Below, piece after piece: positions 1 through 10,908 of a stretch of DNA of 64,000 bases. Source of the DNA: an uncultured Nitrososphaeraceae archaeon (lineage in GTDB: Archaea > Thermoproteota > Nitrososphaeria > Nitrososphaerales > Nitrososphaeraceae); NCBI GenBank assembly GCA_963837175.1, contig CAWIMJ010000057.1:175842-239841 (forward strand). Reading direction: 5' to 3'. Numbering within the stretch: the first letter of the stretch is position 1; each line of letters opens with the position of its first letter. Position numbers and translations under genes: made by a program. Below the pieces are notes generated by a model that saw only the letters and a program-made list of their open reading frames with translations, was not told where the DNA came from and made no database searches.

Positions 1-699
1 GCCTGTGTCATAATAGAACCAATATTTGCGAATATGGGACTTGTTTTACCTAAAAAAGAATATCTCAATGACGTCAGGAAAATAACAAAGCAAAACGACA
101 TTATTTTAATATTTGACGAAGTTGTGACAGGCTTTAGACTTGCCCTAGGGGGTGCTAGTGAATTCTTTGGAATTAAGCCTGATTTAGCAACATTCGCTAA
201 GGCTATGGGAAACGGTTTTCCCGTAGCAGCAATAGCGGGCAAGAAGGAGATAATGCAGCAATTGGCGCCAGCCGGTAGAGTATATCAAGCAAGTACATAT
301 GCAGGAAATCCTATCTCTGTTTCAGCTAGCATATCTACCATTGAAACTCTGATAAGGGCAAAGAACGACATATATCCAACTATCGCCAAAACATGCGATC
401 GTCTGGTTAATGGAATTAAAGACGAGCTAGAAGATGCCAAACTGAATTTGACGCTGAATACAATAGGATCAATGTATCAATTGTTCTTTACTGAAGGAAG
501 AGTAACCGATGCCATCAGCGCAAAAAAATCTAATGCAGCAAACTTCAGGCTCTTATTTGATGAATTATTGAAGAGAGGGGTTTTCATACCTCCTTCTCAA
601 TTTGAAACTTGTTTTGTTTCTTATTCTCACAGCGAAGATGATGTATATAAAACTATAGAGTTCTATGGCGATGCTATACGCAGAGTGAAAGAAACCTGA
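1..699 (+). CDS. hemL: Glutamate-1-semialdehyde 2,1-aminomutase (5'-partial; frame open from base 1)
   Basis: Frame 1 reads ACVIIEPIFANMG...; class III PLP motifs FDEVVTGFR, DLATFAKAMGNG, STYAGNP; first gene of a hem operon. Confidence 0.93.
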   Translation, partial: ACVIIEPIFANMGLVLPKKEYLNDVRKITKQNDIILIFDEVVTGFRLALGGASEFFGIKPDLATFAKAMGNGFPVAAIAGKKEIMQQLAPAGRVYQASTYAGNPISVSASISTIETLIRAKNDIYPTIAKTCDRLVNGIKDELEDAKLNLTLNTIGSMYQLFFTEGRVTDAISAKKSNAANFRLLFDELLKRGVFIPPSQFETCFVSYSHSEDDVYKTIEFYGDAIRRVKET

Positions 700-1649
700 T
701 GATCAACAGATTAAGAGTAGGTACAAGAGGGAGTAGGCTTGCTCTTCTTCAGACTCATATAATATTACGTGCTTTACGAAAATCTAATCCTTCTATTGAA
801 TGTGAAATTGTCACAATTAGTACGAGAGGTGACAAAGATGATAGAGCCATATTTACGATAGACGAAAAAGGAATATTTGAAAAAGAATTAAATGATGCCG
901 TAAGAAAAGGAAGCATTGATTTTGCTGTTCATAGTTTAAAAGATCTTCCATCGGACCTTAACGATGAATTAGTTCTTGCTTCGATACCAAAGAGAGCAAG
1001 TCCTAATGATGTATTAGTTAATGAAAAAAAACTGAAATTAAGTGATCTTCCTAAAGGATCGATAGTGGGAACTAGTAGTTTAAGACGAGCCATTCAGATA
1101 ATGAGAAGACGTCCTGATTTAAACGTCAAGCCAATTCGTGGAAATGTCGAGACTCGGGTCAAGAAATCAATTAATGGAGAATACGATGCTGTTGTTCTTG
1201 CAGAGGCAGGTTTAGTTAGGCTTGGAATGAAAGATGTCATTGTAGAAAGGTTTAATGTTAGAGGCTTTATGCCATCTCCTGGCCAAGGCGCAATAGCAAC
1301 TGTCTGCAGAAAGAATAATCATCAATTAATTAGAATTTTGAATAGTATTGAAGACAAAAAATCTAGATCTGAAGTTGATGCGGAACGTGCGATGTCAAGT
1401 AAAATAGAGGGAGGCTGCAGATTTCCCGTTGGCGCCATTGCAGTTACAAACTCTGACCGCAGAAAAATGACGCTCTATGCGTCTGTGTTTTCAGCAGATG
1501 GTGTGAAATCGATCAGTCTAAAAGAGAGTGGAAGTATAAAAAATCCAGTTAAACTTGGAATAATCGTTGCCGAAATGCTTATGAAAAAAGACGTTAAGAA
1601 ACTGTCAGAAGACTGGCATGATGCAGTTGATAGGTGGAATAAAAAATGA
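699..1649 (+). CDS. hemC: Hydroxymethylbilane synthase (porphobilinogen deaminase)
   Basis: GTRGSRLAL, AVHSLKDLP, GTSSLRR, IRGNVETR, EGGCRFPVG motifs. Confidence 0.97.
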   Translation: MINRLRVGTRGSRLALLQTHIILRALRKSNPSIECEIVTISTRGDKDDRAIFTIDEKGIFEKELNDAVRKGSIDFAVHSLKDLPSDLNDELVLASIPKRASPNDVLVNEKKLKLSDLPKGSIVGTSSLRRAIQIMRRRPDLNVKPIRGNVETRVKKSINGEYDAVVLAEAGLVRLGMKDVIVERFNVRGFMPSPGQGAIATVCRKNNHQLIRILNSIEDKKSRSEVDAERAMSSKIEGGCRFPVGAIAVTNSDRRKMTLYASVFSADGVKSISLKESGSIKNPVKLGIIVAEMLMKKDVKKLSEDWHDAVDRWNKK

Positions 1650-2399
1650 GAAATAGAGGTAAAGTTTTCCTTTGTGGTGCAGGACCCGGTGATCCGAAGT
1701 TAATCACAGTCAAAGCAATGGAACTTTTGAAAGATTGCGATGTTGTACTTTATGACAGACTGATTAGTGAAGATATCATTAATCAGATTCCTGCTCAAGC
1801 TGAAAAGATCTATGTTGGAAGAAAAGTAGGAGATCCAACAAGTCATCAGGACAATACAAATATTCAAATGGTAAGGCTTGCGAAACAAGGCAAGAAAGTT
1901 TTGCGACTTAAGGGAGGGGATCCGTTTATCTTCGGAAGAGGAGGAGAAGAAGCGGAATTTCTTTTTCAGAACGGTGTTCAATTTGAAATAATTCCTGGAA
2001 TTTCTTCTGCTATAGCGGCTGCTCGCTTATGCTGGGATTCCCTTAACACATAGGCAATATGCCTCATCTCTGGCAATTGTTACCGGCCATGAAGACGGAA
2101 ATAAGGCTGAATCAATTGTCAAATGGGATAGATTAGCTAATGCTGTAGATACTATTGTGATCCTCATGGGAATAGAAAGTCTGGAGAGGATCTGTTATAG
2201 TCTGATAAATGCAGGAATGAGTACAAATACAGAGATTGCCATAATTGAAAGTGCAACACTTAAAACACAAAGGGTAATCAGCGGCAATCTCATGAATATT
2301 CTACGTAAAACTGAAGATTCTAGGATCAAACCTCCTGCGATTATTATAATTGGGAAAGTTGTTACATTATGCAGAAAGATTGCATGGTTTGGTAAGTGA
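1646..2399 (+). CDS. cobA: Uroporphyrinogen-III C-methyltransferase, split by a +1 indel near 2024 (probable sequencing error)
   Basis: GAGPGDPKLIT and LKGGDPFIFGRGGEE in 1646..2053; removing one base restores AYAGIPLTHR...VTGHE, continuing into ORF 2157..2399. Confidence 0.92.
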
Positions 2400-3211
2400 T
2401 CCAAATGTCACAAAGCTTTCGTAAGAAAATACTTGCGATAACAAGAAACGATGCTGATGCTGAAGAATTTTCACAGCTTGTCAGAATGGAAGGTGGCAAG
2501 TCCATTGCCTTACCTACTATCGAAATAGTTCCCAAAGGTCCTGAAGTTATTTTAGAATTTATCGATGAGCTAAAAGAAAAAAAGCATGATTATTGTGCAT
2601 TTATGAGCCAGTGGGCAGTAAATGTGCTATTTGATCTTGCAAATGCAATGAATAAAACTGATCAGGTTGTCTCTCTATTAAATTCTAGGACTATTATAGC
2701 AGTCGGACCAAAAACCAGAGAAAGCCTTCTTAACCGTAGAATATATGTCCATTTGATGCCAGAAAAATACTCTGCCAAGGGATTGGTGGAACTTTTTTCA
2801 AAAATGAATCTCACGTCTCATAGAATTATTATTCCCCGAAGCAGTGCATCAAATGACTTCATTGCAACAGCTCTTAGTAAAATAGGTATGAATGTCGATG
2901 AACTATTCTTATATGACATCCGGACTTCTATTACGAATGCCATTTGGAAAGATTTTAAATTACTTTTGGAAAATAAAAAAGTTGACGCTATTATTTTTAC
3001 TAGTTCCTCTACGGTTCAGTCATTTTTTGAAATCTTACAAAGGATATCTGCTGATGTTCCAACATTAATCAGGGGTGTAAAGGCCGTAATAGCAATAGGC
3101 CCATTTACTCAGGAAGAATTGACGAAAAAAAATATTCACTCTATTGAGTCTAAAATACATACGATAAGAGGAGCTATTGAGTTGGCTAAAGACATTCTTC
3201 ATGAAAATTAA
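2396..3211 (+). CDS. hemD: Uroporphyrinogen-III synthase
   Basis: LAITR, AVGPKT, FTSSSTV, AIGPFT motifs; operon position. Confidence 0.92.
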   Translation: MIQMSQSFRKKILAITRNDADAEEFSQLVRMEGGKSIALPTIEIVPKGPEVILEFIDELKEKKHDYCAFMSQWAVNVLFDLANAMNKTDQVVSLLNSRTIIAVGPKTRESLLNRRIYVHLMPEKYSAKGLVELFSKMNLTSHRIIIPRSSASNDFIATALSKIGMNVDELFLYDIRTSITNAIWKDFKLLLENKKVDAIIFTSSSTVQSFFEILQRISADVPTLIRGVKAVIAIGPFTQEELTKKNIHSIESKIHTIRGAIELAKDILHEN

Positions 3212-3327
3212 TATAGAACAAGATGTTCAGTTGTTTATGTATAAACTATCTATTAAATGTTTGATGATTAGTCATGCATTAATTACACTGCAACATATAT
3301 ATAAAACATAACAGCGTTATACATTAT

Positions 3328-4729
3328 ATGACGACTGAAAAGATGAATATGGATTATAGTAAATATGACTTTAAGGACTCAACAGAGCTTTATGTATTTT
3401 TAAGTAAAAGAGGTCTCTCTCGGGGAACTGTTGAGGAGATTAGTAAGATGAAAGGTGAGCCTGATTGGATGAGAGATTTTAGGTTGCGATCCTATGATGT
3501 CTTTATGAGTAAACCAATGCCAAAGTGGGGTGGAGATATTTCAAAAATTGATTTTCAAAATATCTATTATTATGCCAAAGCATCAGAAAAACAAAGTAAA
3601 AGTTGGGATGATGTTCCACAATCTGTAAGAAATACCTTTGATAAACTTGGCATTCCAGAGGCAGAAAAGAAGTTCCTTGCAGGTGTAGGTGCTCAGTATG
3701 AGTCGGAAGTAGTTTATCATAATCTAAGAGAAGATCTTCAGAAGCAAGGAGTAATATTTGTTGATACAGATACAGCAGTTAAGGAATATCCAGACCTGAT
3801 GAAAAAACACTTTGGAAAAGTTATTCCACCAGAAGATAATAAATTTGCAGCATTAAATAGTGCTGTTTGGTCAGGAGGATCCTTCATTTATATTCCACCA
3901 AATGTAAAGGTCGACCTTCCTTTGCAGGCGTACTTTAGAATCAATGCTGAAAATATTGGCCAGTTTGAAAGAACTCTTATTATTGCAGATGAGAATGCAG
4001 AAGTTCACTACATTGAAGGATGTACTGCTCCAGGTTTATGCTACCGAATCATTGCACTCCGCAGTTGTAGAGTTAATTGCAAAGAAGGGAGCCAAGATTA
4101 GATACACTACAATCCAAAACTGGAGTAAGGATGTATACAACCTCGTAACTAAGAGAGCATATGCATATGAAAATGCCACAGTTGAATGGATTGATGGAAA
4201 TATAGGTAGCAGACTGACTATGAAATATCCTGGTGTCTATATGTTAGGAAGGAATGCGCATGCTGAAGTAGTATCAATAGCTTTCGCAGGCGCCAACCAA
4301 CATCAAGATGCAGGTGCAAAAGCAGTACACCTAGCACCAAATACAACCTCTAGAATTACAAGTAAATCAGTTAGCAAAGATTCTGGTAGAACAACATATA
4401 GAGGACTATTGCACGTTGCGAAAGGTGCAACGGGAGTAAAATCTAACGTCAGGTGTGATGCATTACTATTAGATGAAAATTCTAGAACTGACACATATCC
4501 ATATGTCGAAGTAAATGAAGAGGATGCAACAATATCACATGAAGCAACTGTAGGAAAGATTGGTGAAGAACAGATCTTTTATCTGATGAGTAGGGGATTT
4601 TCAGAATCTGATGCATTGTCGATGATCGTTGGTGGATTCATGGAACCATTTACAAAAGAATTACCAATGGAATATGCGGTAGAGCTGAATAGACTTGTAA
4701 AGCTCGAAATGGAAGGTTCAGTAGGTTAA
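3328..4729 (+). CDS. sufB: Fe-S cluster assembly protein SufB, split by a +1 indel near 4033 (probable sequencing error)
   Basis: [17 protein letters not shown], then after one extra [14 protein letters not shown]; [16 protein letters not shown]. Confidence 0.96.
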
Positions 4730-4775
4730 GAGTATAAATTCTCTTTCTTTTTTTCTTAAGGGATGATATGATGGG

Positions 4776-6194
4776 TTGGTAATTTTATCTGATATTGACA
4801 GTCAAGATATTAAAACAATAGCAAGAGAAAAAAGAGAGCCAGATTGGCTGGTACAGATGAGAGAAAAGGCATTATCCAGTTATGAATCACTCCCTGTCGA
4901 AGTTTCACCTCTCTATACTAAATATTCTGACGCAAACCGTTTAAAGCCAGAATATATCCATCTTCCAGATAGAATTATACGATCGGAACCATACGGAGAT
5001 CTCGCAGATAGACTTGATGATTTAGAACATGGTACGAATATATTACAAATTGGCTCTTCGACAAATCGAGTTTTAATCCCTGATAAAATTGCAAAACAAG
5101 GAGTTATTGTTGCCGATATAAAAGAAGCGATAGTACAACAAGAAGATCGTATAAGGGAGATTCTAGAAAGTAATCAGTTGGACTATACTGAGGACAAATT
5201 CCTTGCATTAGAAGCTGCTGCTTTTCAATCAGGTATTTTTATCTATATTCCAAAAAATGTAATACTTGAAGAACCGATAAGAATTGTAAAATCACTGGCA
5301 GATGATAGAATCTCTTCGATATCACGTAATATTGTTTTTGCAGATGTTAGCTCTAAAGCAACAGTAGTTCAGGAGATTTATGCGCCGTCAAACGCGACAA
5401 AAAAAGATATTCAACAGGCTTATTTTGAGTTAGTTGAATGTCATGTACATCCTAATGCTCATCTCGAAATGGTAACATTGCAAGCTATGAGTGGAGATAC
5501 TATAAATTTCTCAAACAGGAAGGCTTTCATCGATAGGGATGCTAAAATGTCTTGGTATTTAGGAATGTTTGGTGCACAATTATCACGATATAAGATTGAT
5601 AGCATAATGAAAGGGCCAGGCTCGTCTGGCGAAGATGTAGAAATCATATTTGGTATTGGAAACCAGTCATTTGATGTCACATCTAATTTGATTCATTATG
5701 GTGGTAACTCGAGAGGAAGAGTTCTTGTCAAGTCTGTTATGAAAGATACTTCCAAATCATTGTTCAAAGGCATGATAAGGATAGAAAAGAATGCCAAAGC
5801 TGCTGAGTCGTACCTTGCTGGACATGCAATTCTGCTAGACAAGGGCGCTAAATCAGATGCTATTCCAGGACTGGAGATCCAGACTAATGAAGTAAGAGCG
5901 ACGCATTCTGCTTCCGTAGCACAATTGGATGAGTCTCAACTTTTTTATTTAATGAGTAGAGGATTAAGCAGAGAGGGTGCAAAAAGAGAAATAGTTAGCG
6001 GTTTTCTGGAACCATTATCAAGAAAAATGGGACCAACTATTAGAGCATGGATCAATTATCTAATCGAAAACAAATGGTCTGGCAAAGCTCTTATGCTCAA
6101 GACAGACGAAGCAATGGAACAGATCTTGGAAATAGAGAAGTCGCGATATAGAGAAACTCAGGACATCTTTGAGAAACACTACAAATATAGATAA
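4776..6194 (+). CDS. sufD: Fe-S cluster assembly protein SufD
   Basis: SufBD beta-helix with AIPGLEI, ATHSASV, LFYLMSRG; follows sufB. Confidence 0.92.
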   Translation: MVILSDIDSQDIKTIAREKREPDWLVQMREKALSSYESLPVEVSPLYTKYSDANRLKPEYIHLPDRIIRSEPYGDLADRLDDLEHGTNILQIGSSTNRVLIPDKIAKQGVIVADIKEAIVQQEDRIREILESNQLDYTEDKFLALEAAAFQSGIFIYIPKNVILEEPIRIVKSLADDRISSISRNIVFADVSSKATVVQEIYAPSNATKKDIQQAYFELVECHVHPNAHLEMVTLQAMSGDTINFSNRKAFIDRDAKMSWYLGMFGAQLSRYKIDSIMKGPGSSGEDVEIIFGIGNQSFDVTSNLIHYGGNSRGRVLVKSVMKDTSKSLFKGMIRIEKNAKAAESYLAGHAILLDKGAKSDAIPGLEIQTNEVRATHSASVAQLDESQLFYLMSRGLSREGAKREIVSGFLEPLSRKMGPTIRAWINYLIENKWSGKALMLKTDEAMEQILEIEKSRYRETQDIFEKHYKYR

Positions 6195-6211
6195 ATACAT
6201 AGAAATTTAAT

Positions 6212-6529
6212 ATGACAGAATGGATTAAGGTATGCGAGGAAAATTCACTCAAAAATGGAGATTTGCTAGATTTTGATTATAAAGATAAGAAAATACTTAT
6301 AACTAAAGCAGGAGATGAGGTTTTCGCTACAGATAGAATATGCACTCATGCATACGCCGATCTCTCTACTGGATTTATGAACGTAGCCGAAAGGACAATT
6401 ACCTGTCCTTTGCATATGTCTATCTTCAAATTAGAGGATGGTGTTCCGCAGAATCTCCCGGCAGAACAACCATTGAAAATATATCCACTCAAGATAGAAC
6501 AAAATTGGATCTGTATTTTTATAGAATAA
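6212..6529 (+). CDS. Rieske-type [2Fe-2S] ferredoxin
   Basis: CTH...CPLH Rieske ligands, 105 aa, downstream of sufD. Confidence 0.92.
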   Translation: MTEWIKVCEENSLKNGDLLDFDYKDKKILITKAGDEVFATDRICTHAYADLSTGFMNVAERTITCPLHMSIFKLEDGVPQNLPAEQPLKIYPLKIEQNWICIFIE

Positions 6530-6649
6530 TGCATAATCTCTACATTGATCACATATGGGTTTATTTTTCCACAAAGATATTATTAATCCACGATACATTT
6601 TGCTTGGCATCTATATTATCAGAATAGATATATATTTTTATTATAACAA

Positions 6650-7066
6650 GTGCAATGCATGTCTAAGCACGAACTATCTCTTGAAGATGCTCAAAGAAAT
6701 AGAGAGAAATGTCGTAAGATCCTTGATTTATCAATAAAGATACGGTATGTTGCAGTAGTAAACAAATTCGGCAGAACTTTGGCTGGACAGTTACGTATTG
6801 GAATAATACCATTATTGCAAGCCGATGAAGTCAGAAATGAGTGTTTTATAGAGGCAACAAGGTTTCAGCTACGAAAAAACTTCGAATCTTCCATAGGAAA
6901 AACTGAATTTACTCTAACCGAAAATGCAAAGGTCAAAACTCTCACTTTAGCCAATCATAATAATAATAATTATTATTATATCACAATAGAGAAAGATACA
7001 ATAGAGCCCGATCTCGAAAATATCATAAAATCTGTCATGACATTCCTAATCAATCTGAATGATTAA
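6650..7066 (+). CDS. Thaumarchaeal DUF6659-like (roadblock-like) hypothetical protein
   Basis: IRYVAVVNKFGRTLAG..R.G..PLL...E...R..F...IG pattern recalled from this expanded AOA family. Confidence 0.6.
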   Translation: MQCMSKHELSLEDAQRNREKCRKILDLSIKIRYVAVVNKFGRTLAGQLRIGIIPLLQADEVRNECFIEATRFQLRKNFESSIGKTEFTLTENAKVKTLTLANHNNNNYYYITIEKDTIEPDLENIIKSVMTFLINLND

Positions 7067-7159
7067 ATTATTGTCTAATATTTAATACTTAGATTTTATG
7101 TATATTGACTTATATCTTGAGGAGGCAGGCCTATACCATATTTTAGTAGGAAGAGATTT

Positions 7160-7618
7160 TTATTTTGCAAAAGCCTTGAGCTTGCCACGCATTTCCTTAT
7201 CTTTGGAAATAGATGGATGATTTGGATATGCGAGTACTATTTCATACCAAAGATACATTCCATCTTTGTACAAATAGTAAGAACCTAATACTTCCAAGTT
7301 TGGAAATATTTCGTTGACTCTTCTTTCTGCCACTTTTCGCATACTTATTCCCTGTTTAATATGAACTACACCAATATGTTTAGGTCGCCTACCTGCTACA
7401 GGCCTCTGCTTTCTCATTCCACCTCTTCCTACTCTTGCACGAACTACAATGATACCTTGTTTAGCTTTATAACCTAACCTACGAGCGCGATCAATTCTAC
7501 TTGGTCTTCGAATTTTAATAATGGCCGGCTCTCCTCTCCAAAGAACAGCTTTGGACTTTAGTTCATCACTATTTAACTTCCACATATTTGTCCAGGTATC
7601 AGCCATATAACTTCGCAT
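7160..7618 (-). CDS. rpl15e: 50S ribosomal protein L15e
   Basis: RPSRIDRARRLGYKAKQG, VAERR, NLEVLGSY. Confidence 0.97.
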   Translation of the reverse strand: MRSYMADTWTNMWKLNSDELKSKAVLWRGEPAIIKIRRPSRIDRARRLGYKAKQGIIVVRARVGRGGMRKQRPVAGRRPKHIGVVHIKQGISMRKVAERRVNEIFPNLEVLGSYYLYKDGMYLWYEIVLAYPNHPSISKDKEMRGKLKAFAK

Positions 7619-7956
7619 AGCAAATGGCTATTAAAGCGCCCTTAATATTTGTATATTGTGATCGTAATCGTAAAACTACTGTGATACTTTAGATATTTTA
7701 TCATTGATGATAAGTATTTTCTGAGATTTAAGAAGTGTCAAAGTCCCCGTTGTTATTATATATGTCATTAATAAAAAAGCCTTCTTACGTTTGAATGAGT
7801 TAAGAAGTATATCATAATTATTAACTCCTACATTAACAGTAAGATTTCAAACCATTTACTTTATATTAAATATCTCTTATTTTGTAATTCTGACTACAGA
7901 GTAGAAAAACGTAATGCTCAACATATTTTTTTAATAGCTTATTGATTTAGCTTGAT

Positions 7957-8913
7957 CTAAATAATACCACGAGTTATTTGTATAATTTTTTCTGCAATTA
8001 CGATCGACGCGAGTTGCTGCGCCTCTTTTGTTTGGGCACCTATGTGCGGAGTACAAATCACGTTTGGAAGGCCTATAAGAAGCTTATTTATTGGCGGTTC
8101 TGTTTCAAAAACATCCAATGCCGCACCAGCAATACTCCTATTCAATAGGGCGTTATAGAGAGCGTTTTCATCAATTATACCTCCACGTGAAGCATTAATT
8201 ATATAAGCAGATGGTTTCATATTGGAGATTAGTTCTGAATTAAATAGATGCTTTGTTTCTTCTAATAGAGGAACATGGCAAGTAATAAAGTCGGAACTTT
8301 GGATCAATGTGTTGAGATCAGTTACAATTAAGCTGACTTCTTTGATATAATCGCGGTCTATTGGATACGGGTCGTATCCGATTATATTCATTCTTAATCC
8401 TTTTGCAATACGTCCCACATTCCGACCTATATTTCCAACGCCAACAATACCAAGATATTTACCGCTTAGCTCTGTGCCCATTAAATCCTTCTTTATCCAA
8501 TTTCCTCTCTTCATTTCATTGTCTGCATAAGGAATACTTCGAGCAAGAGATATCATATTACCTATAGTAAGTTCTGATACGGCGGTGATGGCTGCCTCAG
8601 GCGCATTGATAACTCGAATTCCTTTCTCTTCTGCTGCGGATACGTCTATATTATCAAGACCTACTCCTGCCCTCGCTATAATTTTTGCCTTAGTTGCTGC
8701 TTGAATAACTTGTCTAGTGATTTTGGTTCGACTTCTAACTATAATGACTTGATACTCTTTAACAATAGCGAGTAATTCGTCTGTTAAGATGTTGGGTTTG
8801 TAATCAACTTTCATGGATGCTTTTTTTAAAATGTCAATTCCTGTCTGATTGATCGAATCACAAATAAGAACACTTCCGCTTACTTGCACACTCGTTGGGC
8901 AATGGTGTAGCAA
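7957..8913 (-). CDS. serA: D-3-phosphoglycerate dehydrogenase / D-2-hydroxyacid dehydrogenase without ACT domain (start may be the GTG ~8 codons downstream)
   Basis: RAGVGLDNID, GVGNIG, INASRGG, AALDVF, TPHIGA. Confidence 0.82.
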   Translation of the reverse strand: MLHHCPTSVQVSGSVLICDSINQTGIDILKKASMKVDYKPNILTDELLAIVKEYQVIIVRSRTKITRQVIQAATKAKIIARAGVGLDNIDVSAAEEKGIRVINAPEAAITAVSELTIGNMISLARSIPYADNEMKRGNWIKKDLMGTELSGKYLGIVGVGNIGRNVGRIAKGLRMNIIGYDPYPIDRDYIKEVSLIVTDLNTLIQSSDFITCHVPLLEETKHLFNSELISNMKPSAYIINASRGGIIDENALYNALLNRSIAGAALDVFETEPPINKLLIGLPNVICTPHIGAQTKEAQQLASIVIAEKIIQITRGII

Positions 8914-9596
8914 TATAATTATTACTAGTAAAGCTTTCTATATTGTGAGAAATTATGACAAACTAATTATCCAATTCTTACTTATAAAGAGAACGTTTTT
9001 GTTAAATTTTAATTTGGACCTCTTAAATTAGAAGTAGATACAAAAAATAAATACGAGTAGGTATTACTCGATACTAATATTCTCTAATTTAATTAATCTG
9101 TTATTAGCTTGTAATTGCATTCTCTAGAATGGTCATTAATTCAGAATAATATTAAAAGATATTTAATTTTATTAGATATTGTTTGTACTGTTGAGATAGA
9201 TGTGAATTATCTAATGGTTCAAAGGTAGTGCATATCTAAAAATTAAGTCGGTATAACTATTATAGCAATGTAAGGGAGTAAAGCTTAGAGATAGAATGGG
9301 TTGACTAGATAGCGATCTTCAAAGTTGATATTAACAACAACATCACCGAAAATACTATCGAGTAAATAGAGACTATGATTAGGATGATGACTATTACATT
9401 ACAATATATCAAGAAAAAGGGATGTTTGATAGATATACTGGACTTTGACTAATCCCGTTTTTCATTTTTATTTTATACAAATTAAAGAGAAGCATCTATA
9501 TACAAAAGAAATTAAATTATGGTATTTGTAATCACAAAAATTATTTTATTATGAAAATTTATATGTATTTTTGGCTATACTCAAGCTTTGCCTATA

Positions 9597-10091
9597 TCAT
9601 ATGATTTCGGACCAATAACTTTCAGAATATTTATTTGAACCCTCTTCGCCTCCATTTATTGGTTTATCATCTTTACTACCGATGAATTTAGCTGAACTAA
9701 CATTTGCCATCGTCACTTCGAATATACCCGTGTCTCCTTTTTCTAATTTATTCAATCTCTTATTCATTTCTGCTGCTATTACGTCCTTTGGTAGACCGTT
9801 ATGACTCATCTGATTATGTGCTTCGATCATTAATTTGAGAGCATCATCTATAGAAATTCTATCTTCTTCATAAGATGAAGATATTCTTCTACAAATTGCA
9901 TTGGCCTGCGTGTAAATTTGCTTATGTTCGCATTGGGTATTTTTCTTTATCATATTTCTAAGCATAGCACGCCTCTTTAAGTTTATTATTACCAATTTGT
10001 TGTATCGCTTTCGAAGAGCAGTATTATTATTTGCTAACTGGTTACCTCTAGAGGAAGGTATGATATGCGATTTTCGATTCATTGAGATCAA
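9597..10091 (-). CDS. Hypothetical protein
   Basis: 164-aa ORF in AT-rich DNA; no recognised motif. Confidence 0.5.
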   Translation of the reverse strand: MISMNRKSHIIPSSRGNQLANNNTALRKRYNKLVIINLKRRAMLRNMIKKNTQCEHKQIYTQANAICRRISSSYEEDRISIDDALKLMIEAHNQMSHNGLPKDVIAAEMNKRLNKLEKGDTGIFEVTMANVSSAKFIGSKDDKPINGGEEGSNKYSESYWSEII

Positions 10092-10186
10092 TTTTTGATA
10101 GGATGCTTTTGATATATTGGTTTTAGTATTCCAATTGTGAAATTTCTTATTACTATTATAATGATATATAGTTGACGTTTTTTCAA

Positions 10187-10648
10187 TTAGAATTTTGATT
10201 TTGATATGATCTCACCGGTTACGTGGTCCACATAATATCTCTTCTGGTTTTGTTTATTTTTAACTTCCCAGGCAAAATGATTTCCAGTGGTAACTGTAGG
10301 CTCTGTAGTAGCAAGATATCGTCCTATTGAATTTGAAGAAATGTCAGATTTATAGATAGTTCCATCTCCTTTAATATATACATAATTTGTTGAAAAGTCA
10401 TTTAACTTATTCTGCGTTAAGTTTTCTTGTTTAAGTATAATTGAGACTGCAGTCTGTGAGGAAATTGGTAATTGATTCAGTGAAGGTCGAGTTAAGGAAT
10501 CTTGTAATGCTAAGTATGTTAACAGCATCACTCCTACACCAACCGATATTGACACAATCATTTTCTTGTTTACCATTGTTCGATATATATGTGATAAATA
10601 TGCTTTATCAAATATTGTTATGTTGTTAGTTTGCGATGAGAATGACAA
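10187..10648 (-). CDS. Membrane-anchored hypothetical protein with a PepSY-like C-terminus
   Basis: Hydrophobic segment MIVSISVGVGVMLLTYLAL; ISSQTAVSI and AWEV...YYVDHVTGEII resemble PepSY signatures. Confidence 0.6.
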   Translation of the reverse strand: MSFSSQTNNITIFDKAYLSHIYRTMVNKKMIVSISVGVGVMLLTYLALQDSLTRPSLNQLPISSQTAVSIILKQENLTQNKLNDFSTNYVYIKGDGTIYKSDISSNSIGRYLATTEPTVTTGNHFAWEVKNKQNQKRYYVDHVTGEIISKSKF

Positions 10649-10908
10649 ATAGTTCTTAAAAAGCTAAGACTGACCTACAAATCTGTTACTGCCTTTTAAA
10701 AAGAAAAAAATTTCTCATGATGGTATTTATGTTTCTCCTATAGTGGGATATTTCCAATATGTTGTTTTATTACTTGCATGTTATCACCGATTTTTTCCAT
10801 CCATCTTAATAGATGAATCTTTGATATCTTTCAAAAGTGATGTTCATCGCTATATTTTATGAAAGGTTATTTAAAATAGTATAAATTAGATGAAACAACA
10901 TTTATATG

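Noticed and set aside
2015-4040. Programmed frameshifting or pseudogenisation of cobA and sufB
   Set aside because: Each is fixed by removing one base and has no slippery heptamer. The same kind of insertion hits the rps13 start and a conserved 23S loop, pointing to consensus error.
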